The notes under the pieces are model-generated. The model had not been told where the DNA came from. It ran no database searches and saw nothing but the letters and a program-made list of their open reading frames with translations. DNA of 64,000 nt from positions 2,156,517 to 2,220,516 of the forward strand of contig JAQGDQ010000004.1 in assembly GCA_030141605.1 (NCBI GenBank), read 5' to 3'. Positions 1 to 17,779 of this stretch are shown piece by piece (position 1 is the stretch's first letter; each line of letters begins with the position of its first letter). Source of the stretch: Tubiluchus corallicola (Eukaryota; Animalia; Priapulida). A program made the translations under genes and the position numbers.

Positions 1-287
1 GCTGACCGTGCTATAAGGATGTACGTACGCGCACTTCCGAAAAAAGTTGTCTGATCATATATAATGAGGAACCAGAATAACAGCACAGTATTTTGACAAT
101 GCGATAAAAAACTGCCCATTTTGTGGTTAAACTCACAAATCGCCCTCTCTGTGGCGCTAAAATCCCATTCCAAAATGTTTCTGTGTTTTTCATGCGATGT
201 TGTTCCACGAAGATCGTTGGCCAGAAATCTATTCAGCTAACACACATTCAAACGAAGTAGAAAACATCATCTTTTTGGCGGAGGCAA
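1..287. mobile_element. End of a repeat related to 21849-22558
   Basis: GAAAACATCATCTTTTTGGCGGAGG resembles GAAGCATAACTATCTTGGCAGAGA at ~22531-22555. Confidence 0.4.
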
Positions 288-1424
288 AAAAATTGAAGTA
301 GATTGGAAACCTAAACCAGGTGATCATCTTGACTCCCAGAGTGTAGCTCTAGTGCAATAAGTGCAGTGTTATTTTGGTAACAGAAATTTTTCAGTGTTAA
401 TATTAATAGACCGAAAAATTTAATAACTGGCGGAATAACTAAGGAGGAAATGAGACTCTGTATATAATAATTGCCATCTTTCTAATTAACAAATGTAAAT
501 TGCAGTTCTTCAAATATGTGATGTAGTCAAAAGGTTGGCCATAGGAACATATAGTGCAATAACAAAATTTATTGGTATACAGTAATACCAAAATATAGGG
601 ACCACAGAAAGTAGGAATATTCAACTTAATATCCAATTTCTTTATATTCAGTGGAAGAGCGGCACGCTATTTTGCTACCGGTGTGATTTGATTGTATGTT
701 ATCTGTAAGGTGGTAAATGGGATATATGTAAAATGTCACATATTGATAGCAACCCTTGAAATTCATAATTTTTTATTGTAAAATGATAAGAGCTTATCAA
801 GATCTATTATTCACATTTGCAAGTTACATGCGTTTCAGAAGATATTAAAGCGTCCAATTCATAAAGTCTTTATGCTATAAATCTTCGGACCGACTCGACT
901 CAACGTAAAAATGTTATGAATGTTTAAGACATCTGAACGATCCGAACTTGCCCAGTTGTCAAACGTTCTACTTTAGTGACGTAGCATACATCGTAGCGGT
1001 TCAAATACGCTCGTTAAGTCGCTATAGGCCACATCCCGGGGAAGCTATGGCAAACCCATCTCAAAGCAACAACGTGCAGTTTTTTTATTTCGGGATAACA
1101 AAAGCCTGAATCCACTCATCCGGTATTCGGTGTCGATGTTTGGGCCGAGATCCGAGACAAGGCTCATTATTATCAAGGATAAGCGTCTAAGATGTGATCC
1201 AGGACAGGTAGAGGTGTCTTAGTCAAACATTTGGATTGTACATCCTCCTCAAGCCAGAATCAGTACGGCGACTGAAACTTCAAACTCCCAGTGTGAATAT
1301 TAGACCCAAATCAGAATCGGCATTCGCCAAGCACATACCGTGATCATGGCTATTCTATTCGCCATCTTGCCAGTAAGATCTTTTCTTACAAGTAAAATCA
1401 GGACCCAAACGGGCGAAATGGTGG

Positions 1425-1550
1425 TCAGACATTTCCGCACAGACATTTGGAACAGTTTTTATGGACACCTAGGTCATTTGAACACAATGTACTTTGGACA
1501 TAGGTGTTTTGGACACAAGGTGATTTGACTATAATTTGGACACACAAAGA
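1425..1550. repeat. Array of short TTGGACAC-core repeats
   Basis: Repeated TT(T)GGACAC/TTGAACAC about every 18-19 bp, inverted relative to the array at ~3990-4150. Confidence 0.6.
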
Positions 1551-3989
1551 TTATTTACGAAGTGTCACAAATGTACGTCATTTTGCACAAAAATTGGGCA
1601 TCGTTAAGAGTAGGCATTTGTGCATGCATAGCTTACTTTTCGCTGTTGAATGTTTGTGAATCCTCATCGTGAAGCCTCAGTGATATTTTAAGTTAAATAC
1701 TTAAACAAATCAATGCATCTTTGCACTGAATTTTCTATAGTATAACTTTCAAGGCAGAAAACAAAATTTGCCAAAATGGCTGACTAATTGAACAACACAG
1801 CACTGAAGCTGTTCGCTGAAGCTGAATTTTAAAAAAAAGACAACCGAAAACGCCCAAATATATACATGCGGCGATTGTGGTTAATGAGGCAAAAAAGCAA
1901 AATATTCATCACATGACAAATTGTATGTACTAAAAGTTTTTTATTTGTTATTTTAATAATTATTTGTAAAGGAATATATTTCAGGAAAAACTTCTCTTTC
2001 AACGTTCGTCATTTTATCTAAGTTAATACCTAAGCATCTTAATGTGTACTATGCATTATTATCACGCTTAGAGCACGGTTTTGTGATAGCGCCCTATTTT
2101 AATTCCCTATTTTTGAAAACTAAGGAAAAAACTTCAGTTTCTTCTGTGAGATTCACTATATTAAATTTCCATTCATCGCTTGTAGTTAAAGTGAAGTGTG
2201 TAAATAGCTTCTTTCATTGATACTTTCATATATAGTACTATTTGTTTACATCACGACCTATCCAGGGTCCAAGGAATTTTGTTTTCTTGGGAGTATAACC
2301 ATTTCGCTTGACTTGATATGTATTTCTGATTTGAGTTATCTCGTATATAATGATAATTCGTTTGCGAATGTGAAATGAACTAATGAATAATCTAAGTTTA
2401 TTAATTGTGTTGTGTTTCCTTCAAGTATGGACAGTGTACTTTTTTAAGATTATCTTCCACAGTCTTTTGTGGTACTTTCCATAATCTACGGAATACGGAA
2501 CCTAATCTAGACTTGTATTGGTGAGACTCCCAGCAAGTTGTTGGACGGAGTCAAGCAAGTTAGATTGAAGTTAGATTCACGATGAAGCTGTAACTACCAT
2601 ATCAGCGTTCAAGCGAAGAGGTTGCAATTCATGAGGTGAGCTGCCAGAACTTGGTGAAATGGAATGACGGACGGAGTGGCATAGAATGATAGGACATGGA
2701 AATGGATTGGAATAATGTAGGTCCGTTTTCAATATGGAGTGACGAAACCATGGTTATGGAACGGAAATGGAATGGTGATGCAGTTAATATCAGGACTAGA
2801 GCTCTGACGTGGTAAACCCGGTACCGGTGTACTTGTGGCCTCTTATACCCCTGTGCAGCTTGTGTTTTAATGATCTGTGCACAGTTTTTCATACGTTATA
2901 TATATGCGAATAAATAAAGTAATTACATTTAATGCCTAGCTTATTTAGATGAACAGAAGTTGTCGTTCAGTAAATTTTCCTAAATATTATATCACAACAG
3001 TAACGACGGTACACGTTAGGGAAGTAACACATAACCGTGTTCCGGCTCAACTCACCTTTAATTTAATGGTTAATAAAAATGAAATTATTTTGTGAGGCGC
3101 ACTTTCGAGCCCAGTTAAATAAATAGGTTCACAATCCTGACAAAAACAATTAACAAATATAAGAGCACCGTCACAGGTTTCTCAGTTTAATTAGCGAGAA
3201 AATAGTGCAGCAAGAAATCGCGCCGAATTAATTTGTCGCAAGCGCTGTACCATACTACTCACGTCTGTCGCTGTTACCGCTTTCGCCGCCACTGCCCTCA
3301 CTACAAGGGGATATCTGTATTCTATGAAAACGCCCTAATAAGTCTACTTGCATAATTTTTGACCTGCAAACTGCAGTTACACACGAGGGAGTTTGGTATT
3401 CGAGGTACATAAAAAGATAACTCAAAACAGATAATTTATCATTCGTTAGATCCACATTTTAAAACTAAACGGTTTAAATTCAGCTATGCACAAGAACAAG
3501 GCATAGCAAAACAACCTATATTAATAAACGGTACCTTAAATTGTCTAAACAGTTTACGTGTTCAAATTATCTTTTTGTCCAATTACCTACGCGTCCAAAC
3601 CATTCTACTACTTTAAAATTACAACTTATTACGTTTCATTTATTGTTAATCCTAATTTGAAGGTTATTTAATTAATTCTTTAACTATTAATTAATAATGT
3701 AACTAAATTTTATTGCCAAACGTGACTGAAATAAAGAACACATTAAAAATTTGGATTGAACTTGAATTTCATATCCATGGCTCATAGGTGACTTAAATTA
3801 ACTATGTGTCCGACTTATTACGTTTCTACTTTCAAAATAACTTATACATGTTCGAGTAATCTACATGTAACATCAACCTGTATCTAAAGGATTGCGTCCC
3901 TAAAATTACGTAATGTTAAATACTTTGGCTTAGTGTCTAAATAAGTTTTGTGATCATATCATGTGCGACAAATAGTACCTAAATAGCCT

Positions 3990-4158
3990 TGTGTTTAAAT
4001 GTCCTACGTGTCCGAAATACCCAATGTCCAAGTGACCTATGTGTACGTATTACCTTGTGTCCAAATATCCTACGTGTCCAAATAACTTATGTGTCCAAAA
4101 CGTTTGTGTCGAAACAGCTTGTGTGTAAAACCCCAGTGTTCAAGACGCCTGTAGCCGG
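3990..4158. repeat. Array of short GTGTCCAA-core repeats
   Basis: Repeated GTGTCC(A/G)AA units about every 18-19 bp, with weaker copies at 3540-3600 and 3800-3940. Confidence 0.65.
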
Positions 4159-4769
4159 TGAAGCAAACAGCTATAGACAATAAATCGGAAACAGACAGTA
4201 GCAGAATATGGACACCCTATAGGAGCTATATTTCGAAGTAGATCGGTGTATAATGTTGCTCTAGTAATTTTTTAAATATTACGAATTAGGTACGAGAGCG
4301 TCTTATATGTTATGTGCGCTTAATAATGTTCGACACTTTGAGGTATTGATAAGAAACAGATGCTATATCGTATGCTTGCAAGAAAAAAATGACGTTCTTA
4401 TTAGTGTTGTTGCATAAACTCTAATGTGTTATTTGAGTCACTATTTTTAAAAACTAGCGAAGTATTATGTGATGATTTTAAGTTGTAAATATTTAGCCAA
4501 GGTATTTTTAATATGTATTTTAGATTTTTACTTTGTTATGAATGATTTTCATGTGTGTGTTGTAAATATATCTAAAACGGTACTATGTCTACTAAATTAA
4601 AATAAAATCTAAATCTAAATCACGGATAGACGATCACTGTAGTACAGCACTAAACATTGTCGCTAAGGCTATAATACGTAATTGGCTTAAAAAGCTCTAC
4701 CCAGAGAAATGTCACTGTGAAAATATACTATCCGCGTGTGGAACGCAAATGCAAAAATCTGTTATTTGC

Positions 4770-4957
4770 CCAACTGCACCCCTGGTTGCAATGGTCCGTT
4801 CTAATCGATCACGGAGCTCGTACGGCGTACCTGACTAATCGTCCCTGCTCCGCTGTTTCCGTTATTCTCTCTCGCTCTCGACTGCGTTGCTGTCGTAATT
4901 TGTGAGGTTCCTTCGTTTTACGTTTGTAATTGGCACGAGCACAGATTTTTTGTCATC
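4770..4957 (+). promoter_or_regulatory. Probable alpha-tubulin core promoter / 5' UTR
   Basis: CpG-rich patch with pyrimidine-rich TCTCTCTCGCTCTCG immediately upstream of the ATG-only exon. Confidence 0.5.
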
Positions 4958-9526
<4,569 letters not shown>

Positions 9527-10210
9527 TCCCAAGGATCACTTCTTACTTTTGGCTCGTATTTTTCTAGTCTCAACTGTGACATCTCACATGTTTAGCAGCT
9601 CTGTTGATCTACCGTTTGCATTTTTGTTTTAGCAAATAAATTCTCTACTAGTATTTAATTTCTTCAATGTGCATTGAAAAATTGCATGTCTGCAAAGATC
9701 TGCAATTTAATGCACCACATTGAAAGATTTACTACTGAGCACTCATCAGTGTAATACTGTTAGAACAGCGAGCAATAGTATTAGTTCTATTAAGTAATCT
9801 GTAACTACTAGATTACCATACAAAAAGTATAGGATCTAGAAACAGAAATCTCAAAATTTAGTGATTTTTTTTAAATTCAGTTTTAGAAACAGTGTACAAT
9901 GTTTTTTGATTTTTACACTAGCAATATTGCATATTAGTTATGCAGTTCTAAAATTCAAATACAGCCTTAAATACTGTAATTCATATTATTACCTGCTGTA
10001 ATTTGGCTTTTTCCTTGATCATTAGTTACAGCATATTTTTAATTGAGTGACATAAATGATTCGTTAATTTGTATTTTGTTTTCTGTAATTACAACCAAAA
10101 TTTAGTCCCATAATTAAATTTGTGGATCTGTAGAAGCACAATCATGTTTATCAAGCAAATTTAATAATAATTATGTAGTATGTATTTACAAATGATTAAC
10201 ACGTAACATG

Positions 10211-10216
10211 AATAAA
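10211..10216 (+). terminator. Candidate alpha-tubulin polyadenylation signal
   Basis: AATAAA followed by a T/GT-rich tract. An alternative AATAAA lies at ~9635. Confidence 0.45.
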
Positions 10217-11309
10217 ACTGTGGTTTTCTCACCTGTGAAGCTTTCTTGCATTTTATTGGCCTGTTTGTATACCAGGAAATCTTGAATTAAGACCAGTGAG
10301 AGAAAAGAAGCAAAAACTACAGCGATAAATTTTATATAACTATAAGACATTTTTTATTTTCCTATAAAAATACTATGGTTGTTTTTATGCAAGGTAATTA
10401 CAGAATTAATGATGTATTGGCATAACAAGCAGATCCTCAACAATTGCAAAGAAGAACTATGAAAAATAATTAAGCTCCACATGCAATATTTAATCTCACG
10501 ATCACAGGCAGTACGCATGTTTCAAATCTACTTCAAAATTATGATTATTGTATAAATAAAATAAAACTATCGTGCCTAGCATGCGCTGCAAACAAAATAT
10601 TCAGTGAGATTGTCAAGTAAAAAACAAAATAGATACAATGGACCAGCCATGTACCAACACAATTGTGATAAATTATAGTAAAAAATTATAACACAATGAT
10701 GATTCACATGTGTGTTAATTGTAACTGGTAATAAAAAAATTTATGTTCATGATAACAGTTTAAAAGAAAATAGAACTAATTAGCATGCTCAGATTTAATA
10801 AGCTTTTTCAGTTTGCTGTGTGTACTACGCACGTGCAGTTGCTGTAGGTCAAAGGTTAAGTGTACCACATCTTAACAACAACTGTCACGTGATGTGTGTA
10901 AAGCAAAGCTCTCTGTCGCATCAGTTCAGTAACTTCAGTTGTTTTACATAGACTTTACTAAATTATGCACTAGTCTGTGCAAAGAGTGATCTACTAGCAA
11001 GATCTTGCTTGGGAACAAGAAAAATTGAACTAGGTAAGGTTCTAGCTAGCTGTTAAAACTGTAACTATTACAATAGCATGGCATTGCCAAGTATACATAA
11101 ATGCGCTGTCTAGTACACTTAAACTTTGACCTTTTCACGACCATCAATCGCTGAAACTGTGAAAAGGGTTATTCTAGATAAACAATGAAACAAAACATAA
11201 TATGATTGCATTTGTAAAATCATCATAAGCAGTTGTCTCAGAATTGTTCAAATTGTCCAAGCAAACTTGACTAAAAGAAACTAACGTCCTATGTTTCCGA
11301 ATGGAAACA

Positions 11310-13471
11310 TTAATTCCACATTGGTGTTGTGTTTGAAAAAGGAGAAGCATTATCATCAACCCATTTAATAAACAAATCTTTCTTCTTAATACAGATTTGA
11401 AGGAGTGCCATAGCATCATTTCCTGCTGCATGCATAGGATGTTCTAATGGTCCCACTAAACATTTGTATAGACTTTCTAAACAAAAAGATTTTCTTCCAG
11501 TCACTAATGGCTGAATACCTAATAAGTAGTTTGATCGTCCATTGTGCTGCTGCTCAGGAAAAAGGCATAATTGACTGTGCGCAGTTGGCTTCTGGGACAC
11601 AGTTTCTACTCTCACAACATTGGGCCGTATCGGGGTAAAATAAGCATCATCCAGACACAAGCACTTTGGTACAGCAGCGATGGAAAAATTAGGCATCTTT
11701 GACACTCTTTTTCTCTGTGGAGTTACTTCATTTTGTTGAACATTCTCATCTTTAGTATATTCTGTTGGAGGGATACCTATTAATTCATCATGATCCCCTT
11801 TTCCCATTACACAACTCTTTTTCCCTGCATCCACTTCATTTGGTCTGAAAGGTTCAAAATTGCTGTTCACGTCATCAAAATCCGAATTATCACCCATCAC
11901 AACTTCTTCGGGTACCAGAAAATCCGAATATGGTAAAGGAAATTCGGCATTGTATTCGTTAGCTACACAATGGTCACCAGTGACACCCATGCTTTCAGTT
12001 TCACATTTGTCTATATACTTGAAAGCTTTTAATGTATCTGCACACAAAACATGCTCAGGCAGACTAGCATTGCTGCAATTAAGTTCGGCTTTTAACAGAG
12101 GAAAATCGAATCTGTCCCCATTATGGGCTAGGATACAAACTGGTCCTAATGAATTGACATGTACAAAGTCATAGACAAGCCTTGCAATCTGACTGCCAAA
12201 TTCCCTCTGATCAGCCAAATTTTCATTGCTAAGATCTAATAAAACACAAAAATGCCATTTTTGTTACCAAGATCTTACTAAAATCCAAAAAATCAATGTA
12301 CAGTATAACACCATTAAAATGAACACGCTGGTAATGCGAACTTATAAAAAAACGAACTTTTATCGTTCATTTAACCAATATAATAGCTTTGAATAAAGCT
12401 TACTGCAGACTTTTTGTCTGGCCTATTGACTCTATTACTATGTATTTATCAGTTTCTATCCCGTGCTTTACATTTAAAACTTGCAATTAAATTTAACCTG
12501 TCATTCCTGGTGCTGCACAGAGTTGATGAGCATGGGGAGTTCTTCACATGTTATGTCAAAAGGTCACTTGACCTACTAGCTGCATGTCTAAAAACAAATG
12601 TGTCACTCAGCGGCTTGGCACCCAGCTGTTTACTTATACATGGACATATGGAAATTTTATGCAAACAAAATTGACTGGCTTTTTTAAACTCATTGGCTAA
12701 GCCTACTGAGCATGTCACATAAATTTACAACTCAACATGTACATCCAATTTAATATAAAATGCTCAATAATTTTTTGTTTAACAAAGTCACATAAATTAC
12801 ATTTCACTTCATTTTAATATGCTGCGATGCAGTTGCTACATGACAGTATATTCTGAAAGCATTTTACATTGTACATTATTTATGCAATTTTATTATTAAT
12901 ACATACTCGTCCATCTAATAGTCATCTACATATTATTAGCGATATATGCATATAAAATACCTTGGTTATAAAGTACTTTTTCTGGATCTCCACAGCAGGT
13001 TTGCTATAATGATGTTATATTGTAATCACAAATGGGCATTCATTTCTCCTTTTATATAAGAATTCATTGGAGACTACAGGTCAAATTATTACTAAAAATA
13101 TATTATTTATGCCCAAATGACAGCATTTTTCAGACTGCATAGTCTTTTAATTACTATTAAAAAATACAATAAGTAATACAAATAATTAAATAATAATGTT
13201 TAAAAATAATTTTAGTTAATACTTGCATGTAATTTCTGCAGCACGAGGTGCTATGAGAGTTTTTGGATTGACACAGAAACTCATTATATTTTTGACACGT
13301 GGCATGGTAGTAGATTCTAGAAAGTGCTTTCTAGTTACTGCAATCATACATATCTCAGTAATCTTTGGTTTTTCACCTAACAGTAAAATAAAAGCAAAGA
13401 AAAAATTATTATACCGAATGCTTTCAAGAAATAAATACAATAGAAAGAAACCTCAACGAGAGGGAGGGAGG

Positions 13472-13561
<90 letters not shown>

Positions 13562-13640
13562 GTGCAAAGTGAGAAGGAAAGTGATAAGAGAACAACAATT
13601 AGTAAAAAGCAAACAAATATAGTACATATTAATTTCGGTG

Positions 13641-13678
<38 letters not shown>

Positions 13679-15698
13679 GGGTGGATACATAACCGACAAG
13701 GCTACAGCAGCAACGACGGCACCATTTTCGACGATCTATACATCAAATGAAAGGTCTCCACCCGAGGGTTCGCATCTGGGGGTCTATCTTTCGAATCTGC
13801 CCCACCGGGAGGAACGGGAGGCAAAACCCCTCCAAAAATGGCAATTTTTTGCAAAATTTATACCTCTTATTTCTGAAGAACAGGAACGTTCCTGGCATGA
13901 TGCCGGTAATGGTGACGGGCGTTTTCCCAGACCCAACCACACAAATTTTGCAGAAAACTGCTCAAACAGCCTCTAGAAAAATTCAATTTGTGCAACTGTT
14001 TGGGCATGCTGGGAAAAAATAAACACACTCGCAGGAAGAGGAAGAAACTGTCTACAAAACGTTGAAGGTTTTGTTGGGACAGATGTATAATGGACGAAAC
14101 GGCAGGGGTGTGTTTCAAAGTTCTTTTTCTACCCCCCTGTGCTGTACGCTATTTGGAACATATATTGTCTTTGAGTTCCCGCTGTTCCAGACATTGTTGT
14201 CACCTGCCGTGGTATAGATTTTACATGTAAGTAAGTTCTGTTAGCCTATTATCATCTGAGGAGCAATAAACAAAAACTATGTGGACTGTCCATGCATTAT
14301 TGATCATTGGTAAACAGACTAAGAGCATTTATTATAGCACACAGTTTTGACTTTGTACAAAATGTTTGGAATGGTTTTACTGTGATGCTGTGCTGTTGGT
14401 GTTGTAGGTGTCATCGTTGTCATCATCATCATCATTGCCATCTTCATGGTGTGGTGAGTGTGCTGTGGGTGTTGTGCTGTGGATAGTGTGGTGGGTGTAG
14501 TTTAGTGTGGTCTGGGGGTGTGGTGTGAATAATGTTTTGGGGTGATAGGGTGTAGGTGGTGTGGTGTGGTATGTTGTGGGTGGTGTAGTGTGGTGTTGTG
14601 TTGCAGTATGGTGTAGGATGTGTGGTGTGGTGTCGAGTTTTGGTGTGGTGAGATGGTGTGGCTGATGTTTTGAGAGTGGGGTGGTGGGTGGTAGTGTGGT
14701 GTGGTGTGGGTTGTTGTGAGTTTATGCGCAAAATTTTTGCAGGGTTTGGCTAGTATGATATATAATATAGAAATCTTATTAGAAACACTATAAGGTGGTC
14801 TCACAGCCAAAGCCAATATGTGCAGAGCTCCACAGCAGAGAAGAATCTATATTCACCTGCCTTTCGGAACAGAATGTTACAAACTAAAAGGTACATCTTT
14901 TACTATGAACAATTCTGATTTGATTATTTTACGATGCTGCGCATGTATTGTAATATACATTTGATTTTAAGCAACAGCGCAAACCTAAGTTGTTGTTCTG
15001 ACAACAAGTGGGCATATACTGAAGTAAGCATTAGTGCATTAATTTACAGACATTCATGGTTTGTCACCTAAAAAAATCTTGAAGCAATATCCTGCATTAT
15101 AAGTGTGACAAGTGTTCTAACACTCTGCATAATTATAATTACGGTTCATGATTAGTCTACGTACATTCAAAAACCTCGTTAACTGACTAGCAAAGGAATT
15201 TATTCAGTATACTCTCAATTGTTTATTTGCTGACTTCCCACTGAGCCCAGCATGGTAAACAAAAAAGCACAGTTAATTGAAATACAGACGTACAGCATAT
15301 GTTAACCACCTAGTGACCTGTTCCCAGTGCATACAGAAAGTATGTAACAATTCATGCAATCTGCTTATTGTAGAGACATTTTTTCTGCTTTCTAAGCAGT
15401 TATACTAGTTAAATATAAACTGTAAATTACTGAATATGGTGTTTATATAAGAAATGTAATGTAAGAAATTAAGAGAAACCTGCTTGCTGGTTACATTTAG
15501 TTTACCTGGTACATTATATAAAATTGATGTAAATGAAAAGTTCTAGTTTAATTTCTCATAGAAGGCATGGTACAATTCAGTATTGTAAAAGCCAACTGAT
15601 AAATACTTACCATATCTAGGTAAATCGGTTGACTCAGTATCCAAGAAAATTAACGTCGCAATTGACTTTGTTTTTGAATCTCTCCCAGAATGATCCAT
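11310..15698 (-). CDS. TREX1/TREX2-like DEDDh 3'-5' exonuclease, 3 coding exons, ~387 aa
   Basis: Exons 15698-15611, 13376-13227 and 12235-11310. ExoI LIFLDTEST, ITEICMIAV, ExoII AHNGDRFDFPLL (human TREX1 AHNGDRYDFPLL), KSFCLESLY and ExoIII HAAGND. Intron 2 fits best as GC-AG. Confidence 0.88.
13458..13557. repeat. (GA)n microsatellite
   Basis: About 100 bp of GGA/GA repeats in the first coding intron of the TREX-like gene. Confidence 0.97.
14446..14720. repeat. Degenerate (GTGTG/GGTGT)n low-complexity tract
   Basis: Seen directly; it produces the His/Thr/Pro-rich spurious ORFs. Confidence 0.9.
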
Positions 15699-15869
15699 CA
15701 GATAAATTCGTGTTTTAATTCCTGCAGTCAAAAAAATATTTATTTGCCGTTAGGTTTTAATACTGACAAGTTCTTTCTTTGATGAGCAGTTTCTGTTTTA
15801 AAGGTCACTTTGTCTTAGTAATAACAGTTTCCTTAAATTTTTTTAAACATTGTAACTTGTGTAATCAAC

Positions 15870-16230
15870 TGTAGTGTGGTCACTGCAGTACACAGCTCTC
15901 AAAGATGTTTTGGAGAAAACTCAAGACAGATGTATGAGGTTAGTTCATGATGCAGATCCTGCAGTGATGTCCACTTTCGAACACTGCCAATGTGCTGCTG
16001 ACCTTGTCAATTGTTATAAAATTATGAAAGGACTAAGTTTTACAAGGACAAGATGTCTTCTCAAGACCATGCAGAGATCTACGAGGCCATGATTACAAAC
16101 TCTTCATCGAATATAGCTGAACCAACATGCATTCTCATTTTTTTGCCTCTTGTGTGGCGCATCCATGGAACTCACTCTCAACTGATACTGTGAATGTACC
16201 ATCTATCGATAAATCTAAAATGAATATGAG
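15870..16230 (+). mobile_element. CR1-type LINE 3' fragment
   Basis: Decayed ORF2 C-terminus: VWS...LEKTQDRCMR...ADLVNCYKIMKG...GH..KL...WNSL. Confidence 0.75.
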
Positions 16231-16879
16231 AAGGGACCGTACTCAAGCTGAACTCTAAGTCCTAATGTCATTGTAAAGAAGACTGTAAAGAAGATATCTA
16301 TATTAGTGACAACTAATAATATTATTAACTTTTCTCACATTTAACGTAAGCTTACACCTATAGCCCTTTCGTACTGTGATATTGCACTCAAAGACCACCC
16401 AAAGAAGCTTAAAGGAACGTTGCAAATCACGGTATGGGAAGTCTTTAAATGTAAATTCCGGGTAATGTTATATCCATACATATTTATATTACTATGTAGA
16501 TTAGATTAGATTTATTTATTCATCCATTTAGTACAATACAAAAATAAAAGTTATAAAATTACAAATTAACAATGCATTACAGTGCTATGAGTGCAGCAGA
16601 AGAAATTAACTTATGAGCCATGCGAATGGAGATCACCACTTTCAAATCACAATTCAATACAATTCAATTAAGTTTTATTTGCACAAATAAATACAATGTA
16701 CATTGGCACAGCAATACACGTTAAATAATTCATCTTTGCAGCTACCACCATTATTTTGGCTATTTTGAGACTTTAATTTTGGTAGCTATTGTGTAAGGAA
16801 CCCAGTTGTGGCGCTTGTACTTTAACTACAAAGATTGCAATGATTTGGCATGTTATATACACTATATACACACACGTAG

Positions 16880-17685
16880 CAAGGCCGTAGTCGGCGGTCC
16901 ACTTTTTCTGCCATACGTGCCTAGACATCTCCCCTTCATTATTTATAATGACAACAATAAAGCACATAAAGCTGGCAGTTAAAGTGTGTGTTTCGTCTCA
17001 GCCAGCTATATTATCTTTTTGTGCTGACGCAATCAGAATGGTCACGTGACCGGAGACTGCATTAGACGAGTGTGAAAAAAGCGGACATGTTTGTTTAGAT
17101 TACTAGTGTTATAAAAAGTTTCGTTAGTGTCTTTGTTTGTGAAATTGTCATAGAAGTTTTTGTTTCACACTGCAAGTTATTATTTTTATTATTGTGAATT
17201 TATCTTTTTATGTGAATTCATCTATCATGGATATACCACCGGTTCCAAATCAGCCTAAAAATTTCACATTTCCCCAACGCTCGTTTGGTCATAAAAACAT
17301 CGTGCAAAGAAGTTTTCAGTCTTCCTGGTTCGCAAATAGAACGTGGTTGCATTATGACGAAGCAAACGACCTTGCGTTTTGCCGAGTACGATGACTCAAA
17401 CTAGACTGAACAATCTCATGACTTTGCATGTACATATGGATAGAACAGACGCTCTCGACCCGAAGGAAATTGCAAACGAGTTTACTGCTAGAAATGAGCG
17501 GCACAGATGTGTGTTTGGGAAGTTTTAATCAATCATGTCATCATTGAGTATGTGTAGTGCTCTATTATACTATAACTCTGTATTATAAATTTTAATATAC
17601 TCTTCTATACATTGCTGCTGTATTCTTCTTCTACCTGTTCTGTATCTGTGGCCGGACCACTTTTCAAAAGCCGACTACGGCCCTG
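16880..17685 (+). mobile_element. Internally deleted hAT DNA transposon with 5-bp TSD
   Basis: TIRs CAAGGCCGTAGTCGGC / GCCGACTACGGCCCTG, flanked on both sides by CGTAG. It contains a TTF-type N-terminus (FPQRSFG...RSFQSSWF...WLHYDE..DLAFC) joined to a hATC-type C-terminus (STMTQTRLNNLMTLHVH...EF...R..VFG). Confidence 0.88.
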
Positions 17686-17779
17686 CGTAGAGCAAAAATT
17701 AGGCATCTATAACTAACGGTACAAGTACTATGCTGTAGAAAGACTTAGTGTTTGCAGACATGTTTCTCATGAATCCAAT

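Noticed and set aside
960-1420. GC-richer block that might be coding
   Set aside because: The frames I translated are interrupted by stops and show no motif I can recognise.
3990-4150. CRISPR-like array
   Set aside because: Units are short and degenerate with no unique spacers, there are no cas genes, and the context is eukaryotic.
13223-13750. Several ORFs of 69-175 aa with ER/LS/YI repeats
   Set aside because: They are products of the (GA)n and (TA)n microsatellites or are antisense to a TREX-like exon.
13680-14230. GC-richer block with overlapping 65-112 aa ORFs
   Set aside because: No recognisable protein motifs. It is probably an unclassified repeat next to the (TA)n tract, but I could not define its ends.
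14444-14816. His/Thr/Pro-rich ORFs
   Set aside because: Translation of a GTGTG low-complexity tract with no protein-like features.
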